A stretch of 64,000 bases of DNA. It comes from Anolis carolinensis. Lineage: Eukaryota. This document shows, piece after piece, positions 10,670 through 23,452 of this stretch. The position numbers were made by a program, and so were the translations under genes. The stretch is from positions 60,341,923-60,405,922 of the forward strand of contig NC_085844.1 of NCBI RefSeq assembly GCF_035594765.1, written 5' to 3'. The notes beneath the pieces were generated by a model, which made no database searches, was not told the DNA's origin, and worked only from the letters and a program-made list of their open reading frames with translations. Position 1 is the first letter of the stretch, and each line of letters opens with the position of its first letter.

Positions 10670-11167
10670 ATCCAGTTCAAAGAAGATAATTAGACTTAAA
10701 AACCCAGATATGGAGGCATGACAGTCCACTGAGTGAAAACCTTCTGAATTGCTCCATTCATGCTTCACAAGAAATAGCCCTTAGTGAACTTTTTGCTCAG
10801 CCTCCAACGCGCCACGCGAGCCGGGTGCGTGTGCTCTTTAAAAGGTGTCCCTTGAGAGGCTGGCGAGCGGCGGCGGGGGAGTGGCGAGCGGAAAAGTCCC
10901 CGAGAGGTCAAGAGAGGGCTCTCCTGGGACTCGGTGGCAGGATCACCACTTTCGAGGCTCGCCCTTCCCTTACAGCCGCGGAGGGAGGGAGGGAGGGAAG
11001 GGGGGAGGCCGTCTGCGCGTGGGCTGGCTTCCTGGGGGTGTTTTTGCGCCGAGGGGAGGCTCAGCCCCGAGAGCGGGCACCGGGGCGCCCGGCGGAGGGA
11101 CTCTCTCCCTCTCCCTCCCCTTCCCCTCTCTGCCAAAAGCCAAGCCCCCTCTTCCATCCAGGAAGCC

Positions 11168-11182
11168 ATGCGCCCCCGGTGA
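11168..11182 (+). promoter_or_regulatory. uORF ATG-CGC-CCC-CGG-TGA (MRPR*) in ARHGAP28 5' UTR
   Basis: gccATGc at 11168, TGA at 11180-11182, 6 nt before and in frame with the main ATG. Confidence 0.7.
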
Positions 11183-11188
11183 CAGACA

Positions 11189-11310
11189 ATGGAGGTGACG
11201 GACTCCGGCGGCGTGGTGCTCACAGCCTACCATTCCTACGCTGCTGCTGCTTCCCGGCTGCCGGGCAAAGCGGAGCCGGACTTCGCGGGACCCAGCCGCT
11301 CGCCCCTCAG
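11189..11310 (+). CDS. ARHGAP28: First coding exon of Rho GTPase-activating protein 28 (MEVTDSGGVVLTAYHSYAAAASRLPGKAEPDFAGPSRSPL-R); remainder of gene not seen in window
   Basis: ATG at 11189 (acaATGg) inside a CpG island; translation matches the N-terminus I recall for human ARHGAP28 (MEVEDSGGVVLTAYHSY...PLSR); 40 codons + AG then donor CAG|GTACAT at 11310/11311 (phase 2). Confidence 0.9.
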
Positions 11311-11827
11311 GTACATTGCTTCTTCTGTCCTTGGTTGAGAGAGTGCTTTTGGCGCCTTTCACTTGGGGAGGAATTCCGACCTTGCCCTGCTGCCAGGGCT
11401 TGATTCTTAGCCTCGGCGGAGGAAGTTGGGGCGTGTGCGTGCTCCATTGTGCGGCTCCGTCGGCGCCCTTGGAGGCTCGGCGTGGCTGCGTTGCGTGGCG
11501 TGGGCCCCCCTCCCGGGGCTCCCTTGAAAGTCCCCGGAGAGCGGCGGGTCGGGTTTGTTGGCGCGCCGAGATTGGCCTCAGATAAGCGGAGGGGAAGTAA
11601 TGCGGGAAGCGAGGGGCAGAGGAAGAGAGAGATGCACAAGTTCACAGAGAGGAAGGGAGAGAAGAAAGGAAAAGAGAGAATTAATGCACTTTTTTGACTT
11701 TAACTACCCCGGTCAATGTTAGGAGATCTTGACAGTTGTAGTTTAGCACTCTGGCAGAGAAGGTTGAAGAGTAGACCTTGTAAAATGACCACTCCCACCA
11801 TGCCATTCCATTGCATTCATTCTACAG

Positions 11828-12233
11828 AAGTGGTTCCCAACTTTTTTTGACTACAACCCACTTGACCAGGAACCACTTTGACCAGGGACCACTTTGACTA
11901 GGGAACACTTGAACAGGGACCACTTTGAACAGGGAACACTTGAACAAGGACCTCTTTGAACAGGGATCAGGAAATTTGCATTGGATAGACCACATCAACT
12001 CTCATTTCTGATTCAAAACATATGCCACCCAGTAGTCCCCATCTGCTCACCCACAGAAAACCATATTTAATAATCTAGAGCTGATGTGGTCTATCTAATG
12101 CAATGGTCAGCTCTGCAGAAAGGAGCGGAAATAAAATAAATACAATAAAATAAACAAATGAAGAAGTTCGTGGACTGGATTTTCATTCTCTCAGTCCACT
12201 GCTGTGCCGTGGCCCACAGGTTGGGAACCACTA
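11828..12233. mobile_element. Non-autonomous hAT element with internal 15-16-bp tandem repeat (11858-11966)
   Basis: TIR agtggttcccaac / gttgggaaccact; 8-bp TSD ttctacag (11820-27, 12234-41); ~7 units of ccactttgaccaggga. Confidence 0.85.
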
Positions 12234-12248
12234 TTCTACAGTGTAGAT

Positions 12249-12382
12249 CAGTGGTTCCCAACCTTTGGGCGTCCAGGTGTTTGGGACTTCAACTCCGAGA
12301 AATCCCAGCCATTTTACCAACTGTTAGGAACTGTGGGAGCTGAAGTCCAAAACACCTGGAGGCCCAAAGGTTGGGAACCATA
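12249..12382. mobile_element. Palindromic hAT MITE
   Basis: cagtggttcccaacc...ggttgggaacca, near-palindromic body. Confidence 0.8.
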
Positions 12383-12413
12383 AGTGTTTTGGACTAGGCT
12401 ATAACCTAGCCCA

Positions 12414-12743
12414 GGAGCCCCGGTGGTGAGGTGTGTTAAAGCGCTGAGCTGCTGAACTTGCAGATCAAAAGGTCCCAGGTTCAAATCCCAGGAGCGGAGG
12501 GAGCGCCCGCTGTTAGCTCCAGCTTCTGCCAACCTAGCAGTTTGAAAACATGCAAATGTGAGTAGATCAATAGGTACTGCTCCGGCGGGAAGGTAACAGC
12601 ACTCCATGCAGTCATGCCGCCCACATGACCTTGGAGATGTCTACGGATTATGCCAGCTCTTCGGCTTAGAAATGGAGATGAGCACCAACCCCCAGAGTCA
12701 GACATGACTGGACTTAACGTCGGGGAAACCTTTACCTTTACCT
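12414..12743 (+). mobile_element. Sauria SINE, full length
   Basis: TSD taacctagccc at 12402-12412 and 12744-12754. Confidence 0.95.
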
Positions 12744-13609
12744 TAACCTAGCCCCTACTCTGCAAGCCTTCTGCACACAACTGAAGACATGGTTGTTTCA
12801 ACAAACCTTCGACCATATTTAGATGCCTTTCATGAATATATGTGAGGATCCATAGATTTCACCAAGCACTGTACATGACTGAGATTGACTATTGTTGTTA
12901 TATACCTGCAGCTATGCTGTATTTTACTGGTTTTGACTAGGGGGTTTTATGAAGAGGGATATTATGTTGTTTGTTAATTAATTGTCCATGCTCTTTACTT
13001 AGGCCTTGGCCATTCCATGCACTTTATTATCTTTAGTTGCTCCCATCCCTAGTCACCAAAGAATATGCACTCTCAGGTTTCCATTTCCCCTTAAAATGGT
13101 CCATGTCTTATGGTGCTTGACTACTGATTGGGATTACCGTTTCTGTTTTAAGTTATTTTAACTTTTGTAAGATGTTATTATACTGTGATTTTATTGTGTT
13201 ACTGTTTTTATTGATGCAATACTGTTTTGGGCCTGTCCCAGTGTAAGCTGCCTTGAGTCCCTAAAGTTTTATTATTATTATTACTATTATGGTTTCATAT
13301 TATTGCTTCTGTAATTTTTTTATTTGTGTGTTGCACCTACATGAGTGCTTTGTAAGCCGCCCGAGTCCCTCTGGGAGATGGTGACAGGGTATAAATAAAG
13401 TTTATTATTATGACTATTATTATTATTATGAATCCAGTTTGACACCACTGGAACTGCCATGGCTCAATACAATGGGATACTGAGATTTGGTGTTTAGGCC
13501 ACCATTCTTTGGCAGAGAAGGTTACAGATCTTGTAAAACTACAGTTCCCCACGTTCCATAGCATTCAGCCACAGTCATTAAAGCGGTTTCAAACTGCACT
13601 GATTTGACT

Positions 13610-14702
13610 TTAATGTGGCCTAGGCAAAACTATGCTTAGGTGGATCTGTAATTGATTAAGTGAACAAACCCAAAAGGTGCTCACCAATGCTTTCTCTTCA
13701 TCCTGGAAAGAAGTGACAAGTGGAGTGCCATAGGGATGCATCCTAGGTCTGGTTCTGTTCATCATCTTTATTAACAACTTAGATAAAGAGTTAGAAGGAA
13801 TGATCATCAAGTTTGCAGATGACACCAAATTGGGAGGGATGGCCAATATTCCAGAAGACAGGAGCAGAATTCAAAATGATCTTAACAGATTAGAGAGACA
13901 GGCCAAAACTAACAAAATGAAGATCAACAGAGGCAAATGCAAGATACTGTACTCTATTTAGGCAGAAAAAATGAAATGCAAAGATACAGAATGGGGGACG
14001 CCTGGCTTGACAGCAGTACATGTGAAAAAGATCTTGGAGTCCTTGTGGACAACAAGTTAAATATGAGCCTACAGTGTGATGTGGCGGCTAAAAAAGCCAA
14101 TGGGATTTTGGCCAGCATAAATAGGAGTATAGTGTCTAGATCCAGGGAAGTCATGCTCCCCCTCTATTCTGCCTTGGTCAGACTACACCTGGAATACTGT
14201 GTCCAATTTTGGGCACTGCAATTGAAGAGAGATACTGGCAAGCTGGAATGTGTCCAGCGGAGGGTGACTAAAATGGTAAAGGGTCTAGAGAACAAGCCCT
14301 ATGAGGAGCAGCTTAAAGAGCTGGGCATGTTTAGCCATGTTTAGAAGAGAAGACTGAGAAGAGACATGATGGCCATGTATAAATATGTGAGGGGAAGTCA
14401 TAGGGAGGAGGGAGCAAGGTTGTTTTTTGCTGCCCTGGAGACCAGGATATGGAACAACAACTTCAAACTTCAGAAAAGGAAATTCCACCTGACCATGAGG
14501 AAGAACTTCCTAACTGTGAGAGCTGTTCAGCAGTCGAACTCTCTGCCCTGGAGTGTGGTGGAGGCTCCTTCTTTGGAGGCTTTTAAATAGAGGCTAGATG
14601 GCCATCTGTCGGGGGGTGCAAATGCAGTTTTCCTGCTTCTTGGAAAGCCGAGGTTGGGCTGGATGGCCCACGAGGTCTCTTCCAATTCTATGATTCTATG
14701 AT
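13610..14702 (+). mobile_element. CR1 LINE, 5'-truncated (~1.1 kb of ORF2 RT and 3' UTR)
   Basis: KFADDTKLGG; EKDLGVLVDNKLNMS..CDVAAKKANGIL; LYSALVRLHLEYCVQFW; tail ttctatgattctatga; stops and frameshifts. Confidence 0.95.
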
Positions 14703-14726
14703 AGTGTGGACGCAAATAGAGAAAGA

Positions 14727-14732
<6 letters not shown>

Positions 14733-14766
<34 letters not shown>
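14733..14766. repeat. (AG)n microsatellite
   Basis: Direct. Confidence 0.95.
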
Positions 14767-14768
<2 letters not shown>

Positions 14769-14969
14769 CCCCACTTGTACACCATATAACGCAGTTTCAA
14801 ACTGTATTATATGGCAGTGTATATGGGACTAGAGTGAAGAGAGGAGTGAAGGAAGGAAGGAGAGGAGAAAGGAGAAGAAAGAAGAGAGAAAAGAACAGAA
14901 TGACACTGTATCATTTATGTGTAAACATTAGTGAAGGGCTCCCTCTTTCTTCCCTCCACACCTTGATGT

Positions 14970-15191
14970 GGGTGCATCTACACTGTAGAATTAGCGCAAT
15001 TTGACCCTACTTTAATGGTCATTACTCAGTGCTATGGAATTTTAGGAATTGTAGTTTACAAGGTGTTTGAGCTTCTCTGCCAAAGAGTGTTAATTCTTCA
15101 CCAAACTACAGTTCCCAGCATTCCATAGCATTGAGCCATGGCCATTAAAGTGGTGCCAAAACTCCATTAATTCAATGTAGTTGATGCCCCC
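14970..15191. mobile_element. Palindromic MITE (Harbinger-like; TIR gggtgcatctacactg)
   Basis: Inverted arms; related copies at ~11700-11825, 13430-13600, 27284-27677. Confidence 0.7.
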
Positions 15192-15439
15192 AATATTTAG
15201 TTAAAAGTTAAGTCATGTTGAGTGAATTCAGAATGATTGTCTGGGGAAATGTGTACAGAATTGCTGCCCAAGTGGCTTTTCCCTTGTTGCAATAATGGGG
15301 TTACTGATCGAAACAGACATACTGATTTTGCACTCACATATTTATATAATTTAGAATTTTCCAAGAACAGGTACAAATAATTACCACAGCAAATGGAGAA
15401 TGCAAAATATATGTTGCACTATAAAATTCTTCCACTTTG

Positions 15440-15905
15440 TGGTTGTATGTCTTTAAGTCTTCTGACTCACGGTGGCCCTAAAGCTACACTATCACAGTGG
15501 TTTCAAGGGATGTGAGACTTGCCAGGTTCACCCAGCGGGTTTCCATGGCCAAGCAGAGAAATTTTTTTCCATGTCAGGAGCGACTTGAGAAACTGTAAGT
15601 CACTTCTGGTGTGAGAGAATTGGTTGTCTGCAAGGACGTTGCCCAGAGGTTGCCCAGAAGTTTTGATGTTTTTAAAATTCTGTGGGAGGCTTCTCTCATG
15701 TCCCTGCATGGAGCTGGAGCTGATAGAGGGAGCTCATCCGCGCTCTCCCTGGGTTAGATTCGAACCTGGCAGCCTTCAGCTCTGCAACCCAGCCTTCAAG
15801 TCACAAGAGTTTAACCCACTGAGCCACCGGGGGCTCAGCAGAGAATTAATTCCAGGTCTCCAGAGTCTTAGTCCAGTGCTTAAACCATTACACCATGCTG
15901 GCTCA
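15440..15905 (-). mobile_element. MIR-like SINE split by a younger SINE insertion
   Basis: CORE-like acttgccaggttcacccagcgggtttccatggcc before 15552; tRNA-head half after 15845. Confidence 0.7.
15561..15836 (-). mobile_element. tRNA-headed Vingi-related SINE (degenerate HDV-like fold at 15612-15706)
   Basis: Reverse complement of the 4866-5124 family; TSD agcagagaa at 15552-60 and 15837-45. Confidence 0.85.
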
Positions 15906-16387
15906 AGCTTACAAGAGGTAATTTGTAAAAGGTTTCATCTAACCAGCAGCATTTTTTTCCCTGAGGCAGGAATTTCACAATATTAGTGTACATCTTGGAG
16001 ACATTCCTTACATTTGTCCCAGATAAATTTGCTGATAAAGGAAATTGTTTCAGTAATATCTTCCCAGGCAACACCTTTGGTCTTGATAAAGCTGACCTTT
16101 CTTCTAAATAAGAAGCCGATTTTAGCTGACTTCTGCAATTAAGAGTGTTATTTGTGAACGTTTTACTTGTGTATAGCATTGGGGGATTTTCAGCTGCCCA
16201 AGAAATGAGAAGTTTTCTTCCTTTGGGTTTTTTTTTTAATACATTGAGGGTGGATATTAAAACCACAGAAGATAGAAACCCAAACACATATTTCACTTCC
16301 TAGTATGTGAAAGAAATACAGTTGTTAACCTGATGGACTTCTGTAGCTTTACTCATAGATTTTAAAAGGACCAGTAGATTATTTGCG

Positions 16388-16545
16388 AGAGCCAACATGG
16401 TGTAGTGGTTTAAACTATGATTCTGGATACTAGGATTCAATTCACTAATTAATCATGCAAACCCATGGGGCAAGTTACATTCAGCCTCAGAAAACTATGT
16501 GATAGATTTGCCATACATTGGAAATGACTTGAAGGCACACAATAA
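16388..16545 (+). mobile_element. MIR-like SINE
   Basis: gagccaacatggtgtagtggttt...ggattcaa...gggcaagttac; relatives at ~20975-21138(-), 31864-32060(+), 33705-33915(-). Confidence 0.65.
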
Positions 16546-17888
16546 CAAGAACAAGTAGATGCTTTATAGCAACCATATCATAGTCAAGTAACTAAGTGTC
16601 ATCTGTCATCCTCTTTTAGGCAGTGCATGGACATAATAAGATGTAAAATAATAACTATAATAACTTTATTAATATAACCCACCTCCATTTCCCCGAAGGA
16701 CTTGGGCGGGGGGGCTTACATGGGGTACAGGCCCAGAATAAACAGGGAATTCAAAGTACAACATTAAAACACATAACAAAAAATATGATTAATACAATTA
16801 AAAGAAAGTTAAAAACATAATAAAATACATCACTCAGCATCACAAAACCAAAAAGTGGGCATATTCAGATTTGTGAAAGAAGGGCAAGGCTTGTGCAAAA
16901 CGCAGACCAATAGGACCAAAGCTGGGAATAAAATGCTGGAAAACCAGTACAATAAATAAATTAGGGCTGGGCAGGGATGGTTGCAAGCTAAACTGTTATT
17001 CAAAGGCATGCTGGAATATACAATGTTGGAAAATCAACCAATAGACAAGATAATTTCAAATGTTTCCATGGACTTTCTCTCTCCTCTGTAAAATGGCATA
17101 ATTGAACCACCTCTCAAATGGCATAGATCATCAATGTTTTGTTCTTTATTCAATATTCAAAATGTAAATTAAAGTTCTTTAATTCAAAATATACCTTAAG
17201 ATTTCATATTAGAGTGATATTATTTCTGGATTGTGTTGTTAGTTACTTTGTAGGCCAAAAGTTGGTTGGAAGAGCTAAATGTATTAAATACTATAGTGAC
17301 TACTGTACATACGTAAGTGCTCTAGAACCCAGAATGGGTTCATAGAGTTCAGTGGATTCATTTTGAGGCCAATCTTGTTCTTTTCAGTATGGTATTCGAG
17401 AAGTGAAAAGATCATGAAAAATCTGTAGCTTGATGAATTTTTGCTTGTGATCCTAAAACCATAGGAGCATATGAACTCTGGTCAATTTAGATTAATCAGT
17501 GTAGCATTTCCTGTAATGAAGCTTTGCCTCTCCATGAAGAAGGAAAATGCTTTGAGTGTCTGCTTGCTGATGGTTCCAGTTTGTTCCTCTTTGAATTGAT
17601 CAGGAGAAAAGACTGCAGTAAAAGAACAAGAAAGTGTGGCTGTTGCTGTCTTTTGCTACCATTCACATAGAGACCTGCAGCAGGGAAAATTCCAGCCCAA
17701 ACACATTACAAAGGATAGTGTAGCCAAAATACTCTTCAGCTTTGTCAGTGAAGTTTTGTAGGATCGCTGAACAGGTGCGACTCTTGTCTTCTTTGCTGAA
17801 TGCTGACACACAGGTATTCTAGTTATTTATCAACAGAATCCAAGAGTCTAGATTTTTCCTATTCTGATCTTCTTTAGTTAATGTAAAG

Positions 17889-18023
17889 CAGTGGTTCTCA
17901 ACCTGTGTGTCCCCAGGTGTTTTGGTCTACAACTCCAAGAGATCCCAGCCAGTTTACCAGCTGTTAGGATTTCTGGGAGTTGAAGGCCAAAACATCTGGG
18001 GACCCACAGGTTGAGAACCACTG
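17889..18023. mobile_element. Palindromic hAT MITE
   Basis: TIR cagtggttctcaacctgtg / cacaggttgagaaccactg; degenerate 8-bp TSD atgtaaag/atctaaac. Confidence 0.85.
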
Positions 18024-18176
18024 ATCTAAACATAGACACATAACTCTGATCCAGAAAATCTGTTTCATTAGGGATCCTCTCTGTAACATAACGAAAGATG
18101 GTAGAAATGTGTTTCTTAAGATATGTGATATTAGGAACAGGCATTTTAAACTCTGTGTCAAGGACTGGTACCATGG

Positions 18177-18467
18177 GGAACCCCCAGTAGTGCAGTGGAT
18201 TAAACCACTGTGTTGGCAGGACTGCTGACTTGAAGGTTGGATTGCTGACCTGAAAGCTGCCAGGTTCGAATCCCACCCGGGGAGAGTGTGGATGAGCTCC
18301 CTCTATCAGCTCCAGCTCCATGCGGGGACATGAGGGAAGCCTCCCACAAGGATGGTAAAAACATCAAAACATCCGGGTGTCCTTGGAGATGGCCTTGCAG
18401 ATGGCCAATTCTCTCACACCGAAAGCGACTTGCAGTTTCTCAAGTCACTCATGATATGGGGAAAAAA
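18177..18467 (+). mobile_element. tRNA-headed Vingi-related SINE (degenerate HDV-like fold at 18323-18416)
   Basis: Same family as 4866-5124. Confidence 0.85.
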
Positions 18468-20896
18468 CATGCTTATGCCTATCGCTACAATTGTTTATTA
18501 ACTGGAAACTGTCCATGGACTGGAAGCTCTTGGCTCATAAACCAGTTATCATTCCACAGACCACCACTTTGTGCAGAGAGGGCTTTAATAGCAAGTAGAA
18601 TGGGCAAAATTTGCTCTTTTCCTTTTCTCCAGTGAGAGTCTCCACTGAAAGCCAGTCATTTGAAAAGAAGAATGAGCCAATCTGGTCACACAAAAAATCC
18701 TCTGGATGTAACACATTTGAAATATGCATTTCTACTGCTCTGTCTAATTGGTGTTGATTCACATGTTCAAAATAATAGTTTTGAAATTTGTTTGTACTCT
18801 AACCTTCTTAAACATGCTTGGAGCAAATAAAAATAGAAGCTATTATACGTAAAATATCGAAATAAAGCTCCTATGGTAGATATATGGATAACAACTGTCA
18901 GAAACTTTTCCAGTTTTTAAAATGTAGACTCACACACTATTCGGGAAAGGTTCTGCTTGTGAAGTTGCCCACTTCCTGCAGCTGTTTGGTTGCAATAACT
19001 AGCTTTTGCCATATGGACAGTCGGAAGCCCCATCTGTGTTTCCAAAACATGCTGTGGAAAGAGGTTGTATTACTTCAGTATGTGGGCCAATGGAATGCAG
19101 AATGCATGAAAGCAAATGTACTGACAGGTTTAGCAATGTCTTTAAAAGTCTGTGTTTTACTCCGTGTCCCATTCACTTCTTCAAATACCTTTTCATAGGT
19201 TTTCTTCTCACAATTGTCTTCTACTTCCCCATTCAAAGTTTCATAGAATCACACTGTAGTGTGCTCATATTTTGGTTCATTACAACTGCATACATTTATA
19301 TATTAGGTAGCAAAAAAAACCCCTGGCTGTCCTGTGACTGTTTTATTCAGACAGATGCGAATTCTATGTAACTAATTTAACAGATATGCTTGCCAAATAT
19401 TACAGGATAAGTGACATGATCAACTGCCATATTATTATATAAGAGGATTTGCAGTCTTTATCTTTTGATTTCTTGTGGAAGCAAACTGTGTTTTTTTTAT
19501 CAGTAGAGCCAATGTTTCTGTTTAGCAATAGTGGTTGTACGTGGTAACATATTTTGAAAAGTAAAGCTTATCATATGAGAAACAAGTTTAGCTTTCCACC
19601 AAAATTCATGCTTTCTCCTTCCCCTATTCTTCTTCTGTGTGGCCAGGAAGAGGAGGCCCAATTTATATCAACTACAGTTTAGTTGTGATGGAACCCTCAC
19701 ATGTGGTTAACCCTTACTGTGATTTATTTTAAAAGTCAGATCATAGCTTGATACTGAGTTCTTTCAAACAAATCATAATTAAGAGCAACCAAATCACTAT
19801 GCATCTATGATGATTGTCAGCTATCAATATGAATTCAAATTTGCAATGAAATAGACTATTTACTTTAAGTCAAGTTGATGCAGGTGAATAACAAGACAGG
19901 AAAAACCTTCTGTGTAGCAGTCTGTCAGAAGTAGATGACATGGAAGGTGCATCTTGTCAAAAGCGGTGGGATTGAACGGTCCCATCATATTGGAGATTTA
20001 GACACCTGTAGATGCTAATAATCTGACATTCCAGTTTCTCTGAATGCCTGCCAACTTCCACTAGGTTAGAATGGAGAGAGTCTTTCAGAAAATGGGTACA
20101 GGAAACAAGATCACATCACTGGTAGAGAGCACTTTCTATCTTATCCACTGTTTAATCACTTTGATACCACTCTTTCAGTCTGTATGTTGGTGGGTTGAAG
20201 GTTTAATCAAATTTGTGTTATTATTGTTACTTGTGTTCGAGTCATTATCCAACTTATGGCAGTCCTATCCTATGTCTCATCTACATGGGCCCAATAACCT
20301 TTGCTCACATTGTAGTAGATCCTGGCTGTCTTCATGACATTCTGCACTTCTGATGGGTATTGTCAGGCTAACCCAATTTAACTGTGTTAAGAAAAGTCAG
20401 AGGATACTTTGCCAAAACTCTGGAGTAACCTCACACTTCAGTGCAATGTGGACAGCAAGACTGGATCTCATTTTGATTGGTCCACTGTCCACACAAGTCA
20501 CTGCCACCATTACCTTTTCCCTGTGCTCATTACCCTTCTCCTTCTTGGTGATGTAGTTACCTTTGCTGATATCATCACATGGGGTTAGGATTGTGGTTGT
20601 GGATGCTCCCAAGATTAGTCTAGAAATTTTTTTCCTCTCTAAATCATTTAAAACTATTTTTATTATGCATTTTTGTATTGTGTTTTTATGGAATTCATGT
20701 GTTCATTTAGATACTTATACTTAGGTAATGATTAATTTTATTTTTGTTTAGTAATTGATGTTTAGTTTTGTTTAGTTAATGATGTTTATTTTGCACTGTT
20801 TTGATTTATGTGTTGTTTATCACCAAGACATTGAATGTTTGCCTTTTTTTGCTTGGAAGCCACCCTAAGTCCCCTTGGGGAGATAAGGTGGCCTAT

Positions 20897-20897
20897 A

Positions 20898-20945
<48 letters not shown>
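20897..20945. repeat. (AAT)n microsatellite forming an L2 tail
   Basis: Direct; follows gccaccctaagtccccttggggagataagg. Confidence 0.9.
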
Positions 20946-22836
20946 TGACCCATATTAACAGGCCAGTGTAGATGAGGCTGTAGGATGATTCTGAAAAGAT
21001 TTTCCATTGCCTTCCTTTCAGGATGAGAAAGATTAATTTGCCCAAGATCACCCACTGGATTTCATGGTTTCATGGGACTTTGAACCTGGCCTCCCAGTAT
21101 CCTAGTCTAACAATTGAACCATGGCATCTTGCTGGCTCCCTATCAGATATGGGTCTTTTATAGTAACAGTACAAACAATATGGTTTCAGAAGCATCAAGT
21201 GCTACTTTCTAGTAACAATCCCAATTTGTTAAACCAAGAAACCTATGATCTTATCCCTCCTTGAAACACTGGCAGCACATTATACATGAAGCATAAGAAA
21301 ATGGTTTCTGTTATATATAAGATTCCTTTTGGCATCACATTGGAAACACCTGCAGTCTTAATTGTACTGTGGTAGAAAGATATGCTCTCATATGTTGAGT
21401 GGTCATCAGTATGAAGGAAACAATCCATGTTTTCAGTATTAAAAAGCAACCCATGAAATCAATTTCAGCTGGTGTTCAGGAGAGCATGATGGAATTTCTC
21501 CATGGGTGGTATTTGGCATTTATTACACTGGACAGCATTGATTCATGGTCTCCTGAATGCCAGAGGGAGCACAGAGACTTAGGCACCTGTTCCGCACACC
21601 CTGGCCTGTGATAACCAAGTTCTGGTTTTTCATTGAAACTGAAATTTGAACAATTACAAATCAGAAATTTCTCCTGATTCTTGAACTGGCATAACTAACT
21701 TCAGTATTGACAATTCTGTCACAAAGATCTGATTACATTGCAATCAATGGCAACAAAGGCAGAAAGGGATAGGAAATTTATCAGTTGATTCCTAGTGGCA
21801 GAATTCAAAAACAGTGTTAGTCTAGATAAGTATGAAAGGGACCCTTGAGCACTTTTAGAAGCAATTGAAAGAAGGAAGTTGATAGCACATGTCTACAAAC
21901 CAGTAGATTCCTGGCTCTTCAGGCTAGATCACCTGCCACATCAATGGGTAACATACATTTCACATCAGAGTTGGAAAGAGCCCTGCAGTTGTGGAATCAC
22001 TTTAGTCCAACTTGCTGTCTATTATGTGTATCCTCAGAAACACTCAAATTTCTGTTTAACCTGTGACGACAAATAAATCATTGTAACTCAGACTTTCCAG
22101 AATGACAGCGATTTTCTTTTATTAGTTGTTTGCACTATTACTGTACTTCTGTTTGGTCCTTCCTTTTACTCTTTTGGTTTTCCTTTTGCTGTGAAATATC
22201 AATTTTTGAAAACAAATAAATAAATTAAAGCCACAGTTAATCAGAAATGAAAACGAAAGTTTCCGATCTCCCTGCAGCTATGAAGGAGAAGTAAGGGAAG
22301 GTCATGAGTATGTGGGTAGGCTGGGGTCATTATGGTTGACATGTTTTATCATGACATATATAAGACTAACAATTTTGAAAGTCTTCATGTTGCTGCTTAT
22401 ACGGTGTATAACAATATACCAGAATAGGTCCCTCACCCCTGGTAATTGTTCTTTCAGTTGCTGCACATTTGCAGGAAATGTAAAAATATGTTTTATAAAT
22501 ATTTATGAAGTCCATTAAACTATTCTAATCTTCAATCACATGGTCTTTATTTGGAAAGACAAGTTCCTTCCAGGTTGAACATGCACAGTCACAAATTTTC
22601 ATAAAACCATCAGGATGTGGTCATTTTGCTTTTTCACATAAAATAAACATTTTGGCTTCCAGCCATACTTTTCCTGATAGCCCTGGAATTTTTTTGTAGC
22701 AGACTAATTTTCATAGTTTGTTGTTTTTTCTGTAGCATGCTTCCCTGAAACAAACATTTATGACAAGTATGAGTTAAGCAGATATCAGAAGAACAAAAGG
22801 AAGATGTTTACAATGTATTTTAGTAGTCTTATAGGA

Positions 22837-22970
22837 CAGGTATGGGCAAACTTGGGCCCTCCAGGTGTTTTGGACTTCAACTGCAACAATTCCTAACAGC
22901 TGGTAGGCTATTAGGAATTGTGGGAGTTGAAGTCCAAAACACCTGGAGGGCCCAAGTTTGCCCATGCCTG
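22837..22970. mobile_element. Palindromic hAT MITE
   Basis: TIR cagg(t/c)atgggcaaacttgggccctcc; TSD ttatagga/ttatagag. Confidence 0.9.
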
Positions 22971-23152
22971 TTATAGAGTCACAACATAGTCCCTAGGAAG
23001 GGTTCCTATGGACAATAGAATGAAGCACATCTCTGTGTGGAAAATAGATTTTACCTCTGAAAATTATATGAAGATGAGATATCTCCTCTCAAGCCTACTG
23101 TCTTTTCTATTAGAACTCCAAAATATAGTGAAAAGCAGACCGCCCATAATTA

Positions 23153-23452
23153 CAGTAGAGTCTCACTTATCCAACATTCTGGATTATCCAACGCATTTTT
23201 GTAGTCAATGTTTTCAAAACTTTGTGATATTTTGGTGCTAAATTCGTAAATATAGTAATTACTACATAGCATTACTGTGTATTGAACTACTTTTTCTGTC
23301 AAATTTGTTGTATAACATGGTGCTTAATTTGTAAAATCATAACCTAATTTGATGTTTAATAGGCTTTTCCTTAATCCCTCCTTATTATCCAACATATTCA
23401 CTTATCCAACATTCTGCCGGCCCGTTTATGTTGGATAAGTGAGACTCTACTG
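23153..23452. mobile_element. Tc1/mariner-superfamily MITE
   Basis: 24-bp TIR cagtagagtctcacttatccaaca; TA TSD on both sides. Confidence 0.9.

Larger units (their letters stand above)
10805..11620 (+). promoter_or_regulatory. ARHGAP28: CpG island / promoter and 5' UTR of ARHGAP28
   Basis: Only extended GC- and CpG-rich unique stretch in the window; contains exon 1; TATA-like TTTAAAA at 10837-10843. Confidence 0.85.

Noticed and set aside
11189-11310. Alternative assignment to ARHGAP18
   Set aside because: GVVLTAYH is shared by the paralogues, but MEVxDSGGVVLTAYHSY and the 40-codon+AG exon fit ARHGAP28 as I recall it
10765-11697. Several 80-190-aa ORFs on both strands over the CpG island
   Set aside because: Expected from stop-codon scarcity in GC-rich DNA; only the 11189 frame has recognisable homology and a splice donor
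11858-11966. Regular 15-16-bp repeats (and the 40.3-40.7 kb palindromes) as a CRISPR-like array
   Set aside because: No unique spacers, vertebrate context, and both lie inside hAT elements with TIRs and TSDs
9667-12743. Recurring ORFs such as MERHYLPAGAVPIDLLT and tRNA-like heads
   Set aside because: Translations of Sauria SINE copies; heads are tRNA-derived promoters, not tRNA genes; I found no HDV-type fold in the Sauria body
13937-14344. 135-aa RT-like ORF as an active retrotransposon gene
   Set aside because: 5'-truncated CR1 with stops and frameshifts on both sides
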